Below are positions 57,083 to 64,000 of a stretch of DNA of 64,000 bases, one piece after another; the first letter of the stretch is position 1; each line of letters opens with the position of its first letter. The stretch lies in the IMG/VR virus record IMGVR_UViG_3300034079_000027, positions 6,800 to 70,799 of that record; one strand, given 5' to 3'. The notes under the pieces are model-generated. The model saw only the letters and a list, made by a program, of their open reading frames with translations, ran no database searches and had not been told where the DNA came from. The stretch is from a virus. Taxonomy: Duplodnaviria > Caudoviricetes. Made by a program: the position numbers and the translations under genes.

Positions 57083-57933
57083 AGGTAGTTGTTTTTTATT
57101 GTGGCGGGTTTCTTTTCCGCTTTCTTTTCAAAATATATCTCATCCTCATACCGTCGGGAGTTTAACCAACCTTGTGCCATTTTAGGGGTTTTCCCAGATG
57201 CTAAAACCTCTGGCCTTTTCTTGGCCTCAATATCAGCAGCGGCGTAAATCTTTTCACAAAGGGTTTTAGTTAGTTGTGGAATATCTAACCACGCATCGGC
57301 AGCATCGGCTTTCCCTTGTGTGTATTTAAACTTTTCCCAGAAGGTCAAGAATGAATCGAGTCGCTTTCCTGATAGTTTGCGTTTTCTTTTGGTTAGGTAA
57401 AATTTTTCCTCCGGGATTTCAGGTTTAGGGTCTTCAATCTTAACCTCTGGGGTTTCCTCTTTAACTTCAGGTTTTTCAACTTCAACGTGTACTTCACCTT
57501 CGGGTGAAGAAAGAATATTAGTGTCTTTAGTTATTAGGTTATTAGTATTATCTACACCTACAATGCCGTGGACTTGCTTTTGTTGTTGCAATAGACATGC
57601 GTTTGTATATGCTTTTGTACGTGCTTTTGCATTTTTTACCAAAGCAACTATATTGGCAGAATATTGGTTTTTGCTTTTTTGGTGTACTTTTACAAACCCC
57701 CAATCAACAAGATCATTAAAAACCTTTGTGTATGTTCTGTAATTTTTAATTCCAAGTCCATCTTTTGTCATTTCCATTGGAAGCCCGAATTTTTGTTTCT
57801 GACCCATTCGGTTCCAATGTTCTATGATGAAAAAATACATCGCAGTATGTGTAGGGGATATACGCTCTGGGTTTTCGTAACACCAATCAAACCAGTCCCG
57901 GCTTAATTCATACCCTTTGAGATTTTCTTCCAT
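57079..57933 (-). CDS. Replication initiator (lambda O / replisome-organizer type)
   Basis: N-terminal wHTH (KTYT..DLVDWGFV), C-terminal FWEKF..QGKADA..QGWLNSRRYEDE; directly upstream of dnaB. Confidence 0.75.
   Translation of the reverse strand: MEENLKGYELSRDWFDWCYENPERISPTHTAMYFFIIEHWNRMGQKQKFGLPMEMTKDGLGIKNYRTYTKVFNDLVDWGFVKVHQKSKNQYSANIVALVKNAKARTKAYTNACLLQQQKQVHGIVGVDNTNNLITKDTNILSSPEGEVHVEVEKPEVKEETPEVKIEDPKPEIPEEKFYLTKRKRKLSGKRLDSFLTFWEKFKYTQGKADAADAWLDIPQLTKTLCEKIYAAADIEAKKRPEVLASGKTPKMAQGWLNSRRYEDEIYFEKKAEKKPATIKNNYL
57575..57631. repeat. Iteron-like repeats, candidate replication origin
   Basis: TGC(T/G)TTTG at 57575, 57598, 57610, 57622 next to AT-rich 57518-57552. Confidence 0.5.
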
Positions 57934-57934
57934 G

Positions 57935-58390
57935 TTAAGAGTCTTTATCTTGGTTACCTAATTCAAATGTTACCTTTAATAAGGTGTTTATAGTCTTAGT
58001 ATCGAGGTCGGGAATCATGCTTAAAAAGTTTAAAGCACTCCTTAATGAAAAAGGGTCAACTCTTATGGCCCAATATAGGATTCTTGAAATTTCGGTTAGT
58101 GTATCTAGGTCTTTTATACAACTTAAACGAACTTTTATCTCAGCGTTCATTTCTGTAAACTCTTCGTGACATACCTCGCAAAGAGTAATTAACTTAGAAT
58201 CATCAACATCCCAAGGGTTTTCGGCATACGCTAAATGATGTACCTGTAAGGTTGTTTCAGTATCAAAACAGTTCGTACACGTAAAATTATCTCGGCTTAA
58301 AATATCAAGCCTCTTTTTCTGCCATCTAGGGTCTTTTAACTTCGTAAAGTATGATTCTTTTTTTGCAGCCATGAGTTTAGTTATTTCCAA
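57935..58390 (-). CDS. HNH endonuclease
   Basis: PRWQKKR..RDNFTCTNC..LQVHH..LITLCEVCH. Confidence 0.85.
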   Translation of the reverse strand: MEITKLMAAKKESYFTKLKDPRWQKKRLDILSRDNFTCTNCFDTETTLQVHHLAYAENPWDVDDSKLITLCEVCHEEFTEMNAEIKVRLSCIKDLDTLTEISRILYWAIRVDPFSLRSALNFLSMIPDLDTKTINTLLKVTFELGNQDKDS

Positions 58391-59007
58391 GGGTCTTTAA
58401 TCCCCCTGCGTTTTAGTTCTTCGTTGAATAAGGCCAGATAGGTTTTAGCAATCTGGTCGAGGGTGTACTTGTCGAGCTTTAAAGGCTTACGCCGAATTTG
58501 CTTCAGTTCTTCAACTGTACCAACGCCGTGAGTATCTTCAATCCAATGAGCCATTGCCTCCATGTTGCCGCCACGGTCGTTTTCTTTGCGACTTTGTGGC
58601 CCGACATTGCGGAACTCGAAAGCAGTAGAAAAATTGGTACTGTTAGCATCAAAAACTTTCAGGTAATGCCCAACGCAGATATTAGGGTCGTTAATGCGAT
58701 ACCATAACCTCGGATCGGTAGAACAAACTACCTCTAGGTCGTCGTTGGCATAATAGAGCAAAACGTAGTGAGAGAAATTTAACCAAGCCCGTGTTTTGTA
58801 GAATTGGTTCACAGATAGCCGCTTTTTCGACTCCTGACGGACTCTCTCCAGATCGGCCTTGTCTTTCTCTACCTCTTTCCGGGATGCGATTAAAACGGCA
58901 GCAATAGCGTGGTCTTCGCAGTATTTTTTCCGTATCGTTGATCGAGGAAAGAATATCGTTTCTTTATTGCACCCATCAGGCCATTGGCATAAGGGTGGTT
59001 TTTTCAT
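58381..59007 (-). CDS. NinG-like recombination nuclease
   Basis: VGHY..FEFRNVGPQ..EN..GN..GVGTVEEL. Confidence 0.65.
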   Translation of the reverse strand: MKKPPLCQWPDGCNKETIFFPRSTIRKKYCEDHAIAAVLIASRKEVEKDKADLERVRQESKKRLSVNQFYKTRAWLNFSHYVLLYYANDDLEVVCSTDPRLWYRINDPNICVGHYLKVFDANSTNFSTAFEFRNVGPQSRKENDRGGNMEAMAHWIEDTHGVGTVEELKQIRRKPLKLDKYTLDQIAKTYLALFNEELKRRGIKDPWK

Positions 59008-59384
59008 ATCTTGCGGATTACAGATTTACCTATCTCTTCCTGATCAAAAACCCAAACCCCTTCAGCACATTTGAACTTGATAAACCGGAGCGAATCGGCG
59101 TATCTTTTAACTAGAGCTTTATCGCAGGGGAACAGGATCAAGCGAACATCTTCAAAGTCGAACATTTCTAGCTCGTCGTCTTCGGGAAGGCCAGTTAAGT
59201 TTCGTACACATTCGATACTTGTCGTATTGATACCCGATATAAAATACCCCCGTCCGTGTTTTTTGTGTTCAATTTCCTGACCGATATAAAAAGCTAGGTG
59301 ACTATATTTTGCAGGCATTACAGGTTTTTTCATGATAGTTGTTTTGTAAATACGTTTTGAGGTTCTAAATTCCAGTCGAGGCAC
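59004..59384 (-). CDS. Hypothetical protein
   Basis: ORF in operon; start probably about 59333. Confidence 0.5.
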   Translation of the reverse strand: MPRLEFRTSKRIYKTTIMKKPVMPAKYSHLAFYIGQEIEHKKHGRGYFISGINTTSIECVRNLTGLPEDDELEMFDFEDVRLILFPCDKALVKRYADSLRFIKFKCAEGVWVFDQEEIGKSVIRKI

Positions 59385-59554
59385 ATTAAGTCATAAGCCC
59401 TTGCAGCCTCACGTTCGGTAGTGCAGTGTTTTTGCTTAATGACGGAGCAATAGACTTTCCTTGCCACGTAGTAAACACGTCCGTTTAAAACTCTTTTGGA
59501 AACGCCTTTGTACTTTGACTTAAAGGCTTCTTGGGTGTTGTTGTCACGCTTCAC
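59330..59554 (-). CDS. Stand-alone AP2-domain protein
   Basis: SKYKGVS..YYVAR..TEREAARAYD. Confidence 0.7.
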   Translation of the reverse strand: MKRDNNTQEAFKSKYKGVSKRVLNGRVYYVARKVYCSVIKQKHCTTEREAARAYDLMCLDWNLEPQNVFTKQLS

Positions 59555-59572
59555 AGTAGTAATGTTTATAGG

Positions 59573-59827
59573 TTAAAAATTGTCGTAGCACCAAACCGGG
59601 ACATTATCATCGAAATATGACCCGGCGATATTAAACTCGAAGTGTTCTAAGGCTTCCTCGTAAGTCATTTTCTCGACTTCCATAAGGATTTCAAAAACCT
59701 TACTCACAGAATAAACCAAACGAGGGGAACAATTACAGTCGCAGGACACGCCAATAATGGCTGCGTCAAATCCATCTGCTAACCTGAATCTATCATCAGG
59801 ATAAGCATTGAAAATTTCTTCAAGCAT
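59573..59827 (-). CDS. Conserved phage hypothetical protein
   Basis: ADGFDAAIIG..VYS..EEALEHFEFNIAGSY. Confidence 0.7.
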   Translation of the reverse strand: MLEEIFNAYPDDRFRLADGFDAAIIGVSCDCNCSPRLVYSVSKVFEILMEVEKMTYEEALEHFEFNIAGSYFDDNVPVWCYDNF

Positions 59828-59842
59828 AAAATAAAGTTTAAG

Positions 59843-59888
59843 GTTGTTCCTGCCGGGGGAATCGAACCCCCGGTTAAACCATGCAGGA
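59843..59888 (-). ncRNA. tRNA-like minihelix (acceptor stem + T-arm, no D or anticodon arm)
   Basis: UCCUGCA UGGUUUAACC GGGGG UUCGAUU CCCCC GGCAGGA A CAA. Confidence 0.5.
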
Positions 59889-59890
59889 TA

Positions 59891-60643
59891 TTACTGTTCG
59901 ATAATTACCAGATCGGGGCATAGAACCTGAATAGCGGCCTTTTGCTCGTCGATAATACCATCGGTAATGTCAGATTCAATGTCGTTCGCTTGTGGGCTTG
60001 TAAGCGTTACTTTAAAGTCTGAAGGATCGACATAGATTTCAACATCAAAAGGTACTTTAGGCACTCCTTTGAAGATTGGAACCAAAAGGGTGAACCCCAT
60101 CGGGATGTTGTTGTTGATTACCTTCTGAGAGACTAAGCGGCGGTCGTTTCCACGGTTATCGTTAGAGCTTTCAAACTCACGGGTAACCTTGATTTTAACG
60201 TCCATTAGTTCCTTGTGAATTTTCATTGCCACAGTAGGATCGGTAAACAGAGAACGGTTCATTTTACAGAACAATGCAAAGTCTTCCTGTTCCCATTTAT
60301 GCCCGTTGTTGAGTTTCCATTTCAGGAAACGTGGGTCATATTTAAGGCTCCCGGTAATTACTCCATTATCCCATCCGTTTGTTTCGTCAAACGTTAATGT
60401 GATTTGTTTATCAGTACGGTTAATAACCACTGAAGAGACTAAAGGAAACACCAGATTGTTAGGTGTGGCAGATACATCAAGGTCGAGGGCAAACGCATAA
60501 CGTTTTTCGAGAAAGCGCAAAACAGTATCAATATTACCCATGATACCAACCTGAGCAGGCGCACGTTCGTCTAAGCCTTTAACTTGGACAATTCGGATTT
60601 CTTCTTGATCCTCCGGGAGGATAAGGTTTCTAACTTCAATCAT
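59891..60643 (-). CDS. Conserved Bacteroidota phage protein
   Basis: GNIDTVLRFLEKR..IPMGFTLLVPIFKG..P.LVIIEQ. Confidence 0.65.
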   Translation of the reverse strand: MIEVRNLILPEDQEEIRIVQVKGLDERAPAQVGIMGNIDTVLRFLEKRYAFALDLDVSATPNNLVFPLVSSVVINRTDKQITLTFDETNGWDNGVITGSLKYDPRFLKWKLNNGHKWEQEDFALFCKMNRSLFTDPTVAMKIHKELMDVKIKVTREFESSNDNRGNDRRLVSQKVINNNIPMGFTLLVPIFKGVPKVPFDVEIYVDPSDFKVTLTSPQANDIESDITDGIIDEQKAAIQVLCPDLVIIEQ

Positions 60644-60653
60644 AGTTTTTGTT

Positions 60654-60890
60654 TTATTGAGGTTCTGAAGGGCTGATTACCATGTCGTAATCTTTACCAA
60701 TTTGAAACATATCGGCAGCGACCTGATTTACGGTGTTTAAAATCATCGTAGTACCGCCAGACATTTGATAGAAAATAGAGTTTTGATCATACGGAACAGT
60801 TAACTCGATTGCTGTTGCGATTGGTTTTGAAGGATCGTAGTTTAACGTCTCCTTTTTAGAATTACATCTAACTTTTACAGTTGTGTTCAT
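60654..60890 (-). CDS. Conserved small phage protein
   Basis: KVRCNS..N..A..FQIGKDY. Confidence 0.55.
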   Translation of the reverse strand: MNTTVKVRCNSKKETLNYDPSKPIATAIELTVPYDQNSIFYQMSGGTTMILNTVNQVAADMFQIGKDYDMVISPSEPQ

Positions 60891-60900
60891 TGGGTCTATT

Positions 60901-61341
60901 TTAATTGTGAGTACCTGATTTAACTATCCGCATACCAGAGAACAAGCCCAGTTCTTCCTGATTAGCCGGGCGTGTTTCGGTTTCGATCAACTCGCCGTTT
61001 TCAGAATAAAAGTGAACCATACGGCTCTCTTCGTCGATAAAACCATAGAGATTACCTTCAAAGCGTGTGAAGCCGTTGCGTACTTCTGTTCCCAGAATTT
61101 TAATGTCGGTTTTTAGCGGGTCGATTTGCTCTTTAAACTGGCTGACCAGTTCTTTTTTATCCTCTTCGAGGTCTGAGATTTTAAGCGACTTATCGGTGAA
61201 ATCTTTGCGTTTTAGCGCAACTTCTTCAGCAGACAGGCGTTTGTAGTACGATTTGTTTTTTACCACCGTATCGGCAGTATTTTGAAGACTCACCAATCTG
61301 GTGCGTTCGTCTTCGTTTTGATAGATAAGTTTATCAACCAT
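60901..61341 (-). CDS. Conserved Bacteroidota phage protein
   Basis: YYKRLSAEE..FYSENGEL..RPA..EEL. Confidence 0.65.
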   Translation of the reverse strand: MVDKLIYQNEDERTRLVSLQNTADTVVKNKSYYKRLSAEEVALKRKDFTDKSLKISDLEEDKKELVSQFKEQIDPLKTDIKILGTEVRNGFTRFEGNLYGFIDEESRMVHFYSENGELIETETRPANQEELGLFSGMRIVKSGTHN

Positions 61342-61353
61342 CGTTTTTGGTTT

Positions 61354-61596
61354 TTAAGTGTAAATAACTGTTGTTTCGATTTCTTCCGGCTGCTCCCTAA
61401 GGTTTGCTATTATTCTAATGTGCCTCTCGGTAAAGCCACTGTTAATACATAGTTTCGCAATTTTCTTATTAGCAGCGGCGTTAATTTCCTTGATTTGCTT
61501 GGCGGTATCGTCGTTAACCGCCTTTACCTGAGCGACCACGGATGCAATCGTTTTTGATACTTCACGGGGATTTCGCTTTTTTACTTCTTGTTCCAT
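61354..61596 (-). CDS. Hypothetical protein
   Basis: TAATG coupling. Confidence 0.5.
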   Translation of the reverse strand: MEQEVKKRNPREVSKTIASVVAQVKAVNDDTAKQIKEINAAANKKIAKLCINSGFTERHIRIIANLREQPEEIETTVIYT

Positions 61597-61967
61597 TAAT
61601 TTAGATTTGCTAAGTGTCTGTTAATAGATTGTAGGCCGTTTAGTTCGGCCTTCATTGCCTCTAGGTTGGAAATACAAGCCTTATAAAGAGCCTCGGCCTC
61701 TTCCTTTTCAAGGCATTCATTCCAACATATACCCTTTGCGATAATGGGGATGTTGGATTGAACGATTGAGCCTATTGGTTCTCCGTCATGCTCCCTGATC
61801 GTACCGTTTTTGATTTTTAGGATTACCAGAGACATCATTCGGTCGTAATTGGATTGGGTTGCCGCTTTTCTTTTAGCGAGAGCATCAAGCTTTTTTCGCT
61901 CGATTTCGATTTCAGTGACTTTATCTTGAATCTGATAAGCCAAAGACATTATATCGTCGTTAAACAT
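61596..61967 (-). CDS. Coiled-coil hypothetical protein
   Basis: EALYKA..LEAMKAELNGLQSINR. Confidence 0.55.
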   Translation of the reverse strand: MFNDDIMSLAYQIQDKVTEIEIERKKLDALAKRKAATQSNYDRMMSLVILKIKNGTIREHDGEPIGSIVQSNIPIIAKGICWNECLEKEEAEALYKACISNLEAMKAELNGLQSINRHLANLN

Positions 61968-61978
61968 GGGTTAATGGG

Positions 61979-62680
61979 TTATATCCCCGTTAAGGATATT
62001 CTGTTCCCTGATGATCTTCCCCTATTTATAATGTTTTCAAAACAGGCTAAATAGGCAGCAGTCGAAACTTGCATAGGAATCGAGGGTAGTTTTTTTAAGA
62101 TTAATGCTATGAGTTTGGGAGAAACTTTATCAAAAAGTTGCATAGCGGCAAAAACAAAAGAACCTGTTTTATAATAAGGCACTAATTGTTTGGCCTCCAT
62201 GATAAAGTTTAGTAAATCCATGTGTTTTGGCTTTGGAGTAAATTCCACTCCGGCCTTTAATTTATGACTATATTTATGGACTGCTCCAAATAAAATAAAG
62301 AACATGACGCTCAAACCTAATTTGTAATTCTCGTCCATTTTCAACAGGTAGATATAGCAAGCCTTACCTCCCTTCGCCCATCGGTGAACGTAATCCGCCA
62401 TAGCCCAAGGACGCTGCGGTTTATTTAATTCTATCATCAGTGCTAATGCTTCGTCATATGCACAATGTTTAATTACATAAGGAACAGGTATTCCAAGCCT
62501 TTTACAGGCATTAAACCGGGTTTGCCCGTCGATTATTCGCATGTCTTGATCAACGAGAATATGAAATCCATCTATAAACCCGACTTTTTGTATAGAGTCA
62601 ATTAGTCTTTGAACATGGTTCTCATTAACAACTCGGTTTTCTTCAAAAAACTTAAATAGATAATAATTAGTAGTTTCCAT
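61979..62680 (-). CDS. ParB/Srx-like N-terminal domain protein
   Basis: NR.VNENHVQRL..SI..ILVD..IIDGQTRFNACKRLG. Confidence 0.75.
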   Translation of the reverse strand: METTNYYLFKFFEENRVVNENHVQRLIDSIQKVGFIDGFHILVDQDMRIIDGQTRFNACKRLGIPVPYVIKHCAYDEALALMIELNKPQRPWAMADYVHRWAKGGKACYIYLLKMDENYKLGLSVMFFILFGAVHKYSHKLKAGVEFTPKPKHMDLLNFIMEAKQLVPYYKTGSFVFAAMQLFDKVSPKLIALILKKLPSIPMQVSTAAYLACFENIINRGRSSGNRISLTGI

Positions 62681-62710
62681 TCTAAAAATGTGTTAGAGTT
62701 AAAATTTGAT

Positions 62711-63448
62711 TTAAAAAGGTAAATCGTTAAATGAAATCGTTAAGCCTGTTTCGGCTACATATACCCGTTTCCCGGTGGTAGCAATAACCTCAGTTAAAAA
62801 CTGATTAGCGTTACTGTTACCACGGGATAGGTGAATGAGAACAATGTTTAAAACCTCGGTGAGATCGTTGGCTTTAAGTAGTTCGACACATGTTTTAAGG
62901 CTCATATGGGAAGTCTCCAGACGTTTGCGCATGGAAGGATCAATCTTTCCATGATCAATGTTGTGCTGAAGGATTTCCTCAGAGTAATTGGCTTCAACAA
63001 TAATTTGGTTCAGCCCCTTAAAGGTGTATTCGGAATAATGTGAATCGGTTAAGAACAAGACTTTGCCCGTTTCGGGGTGTTTGATGATGAACCCGAAAGG
63101 TTCAGCCGCATCGTGTTGAATATCGAAGGGCATAATCTGAAAATTGCCTAGGGTAAACTTTTTGCCGTGGTAACAATGGTACGGCTGAAGTAAGCCCGTG
63201 CTAATCTTTACCTGAGTACCAACAGAACAAAGTACCGGAATCCCGGCCTTTAGGTAATCCATCGCATACTTGGCATGATCGCCGTGTTCGTGGGTAATAA
63301 TACACCCCACAATCTTGCGTACATTAAAATCAAGTGCTTTCTTAACCTCTAGGAAACGAACCCCGGCCTCAATGACCAGACATTCGTTGTTGTTTTCCAA
63401 TAAATAGCAGTTCCCTGCGCTACTGGAACCCAGACATTTGAATAACAT
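62711..63448 (-). CDS. Metallo-beta-lactamase-fold nuclease of the RecT module
   Basis: GSSSAGNCY, ITHEHGDH, HDAAEP, LTD, EANY, SHMS, LIHLS. Confidence 0.9.
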   Translation of the reverse strand: MLFKCLGSSSAGNCYLLENNNECLVIEAGVRFLEVKKALDFNVRKIVGCIITHEHGDHAKYAMDYLKAGIPVLCSVGTQVKISTGLLQPYHCYHGKKFTLGNFQIMPFDIQHDAAEPFGFIIKHPETGKVLFLTDSHYSEYTFKGLNQIIVEANYSEEILQHNIDHGKIDPSMRKRLETSHMSLKTCVELLKANDLTEVLNIVLIHLSRGNSNANQFLTEVIATTGKRVYVAETGLTISFNDLPF

Positions 63449-63456
63449 GGGAAGGT

Positions 63457-64000
63457 TTAGAACCCGGCTTTATTTGTGCCGGATTGGTCTTCTGTCTGGG
63501 GGTCTTTTGACTCTTCTGCGTCAATGTCAATAATCATCTTATTGGCAGAAATCGCAGGTAGATTAGTATTCTCCGGTTCGTCTTTATCGGTGGTGTAAGC
63601 CTCTTGCATTTCAACCGACATATAACCCCATTTAGATAAAAGCTCTCTTACACAGGTCTTCATTGCCATGTCGGTAAAGTTTCCAAGCCAACCGACTGAC
63701 GATGATTCTTTGTTTGAGTTAGCCATTTCAACAAGAGCGTCGATTGTAACGTCTTTGTTGTTTTTTAGAGAAGGAGAATAACGCTTTGCATGTTTAGCCA
63801 TTGCCAAAACTTCAATGTAGAGCGTCTTAGTGAACCCATTAAGCAACTCGAAGTAGGCAAAATACCCGATTATCTTCTCTGAGGTTTGCTTCCCATCGAA
63901 ATGTAACTCTCCGGCGAGTTTATTGGATTTCTGTACTTCTCCCTCATAAACAACATCAGCGTTAATGGTTTTATACTGGCCAGTCCTCATTGCAAGCTGA
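63457..64000 (-). CDS. recT: RecT-family single-strand annealing protein, 5' end outside window
   Basis: QLAMRTGQYKTINA..IIGYFAYFELLNGFTK..W..NFTDMAMKT. Confidence 0.8.
   Translation of the reverse strand, partial: QLAMRTGQYKTINADVVYEGEVQKSNKLAGELHFDGKQTSEKIIGYFAYFELLNGFTKTLYIEVLAMAKHAKRYSPSLKNNKDVTIDALVEMANSNKESSSVGWLGNFTDMAMKTCVRELLSKWGYMSVEMQEAYTTDKDEPENTNLPAISANKMIIDIDAEESKDPQTEDQSGTNKAGF

Larger units (their letters stand above)
1..64000. mobile_element. Temperate Bacteroidota phage with podovirus-like virion module (partial genome, apparently excised/virion form)
   Basis: terL, P22-like portal, capsid, nozzle, ejection proteins, endolysin, integrase, DnaB, RecT; TAnnTTTG promoters and SD-less A-rich starts typical of Bacteroidota; no host housekeeping genes. 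Confidence 0.93.

Noticed and set aside
59843-59888. Complete tRNA gene
   Set aside because: D-arm and anticodon arm are absent; reported only as a minihelix
1-64000. CRISPR array, rRNA, IS element or stop-codon reassignment
   Set aside because: No spacer-repeat array or transposase seen; core genes are full length in the standard code

Overview
The whole window is one temperate tailed phage of a Bacteroidota host with a podovirus-type virion gene set. No host genes are visible. Phage genes flank a candidate attP next to a tyrosine integrase, so this looks like the excised or virion form, and the window truncates a RecT gene at its right edge. Layout: 1-3837 (+) small accessory genes; 3818-5472 integrase and att; 5488-11855 (-) early/accessory genes; 12856-16138 (-) tail nozzle and an HTH gene; 16287-33867 (+) two ejection-type proteins, a 4617-aa DarB-like polyvalent protein and the portal; 33979-37474 (-) ssb and terL; 37620-53791 (+) scaffold, capsid, tail, lysis and a fibre cassette; 53868-64000 (-) replication and recombination. 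The most notable observations are: (1) a complete type I hammerhead ribozyme in the early operon; (2) +1-frame ORFs nested in the inter-domain linkers of the giant protein; (3) a 46-nt tRNA-like acceptor/T-arm minihelix between two genes; (4) a capsid protein with a signal-peptide-like leader; (5) a shared motif ahead of both late operons. All family assignments come from motifs read by eye plus recalled family knowledge. No searches or folding programs were run.
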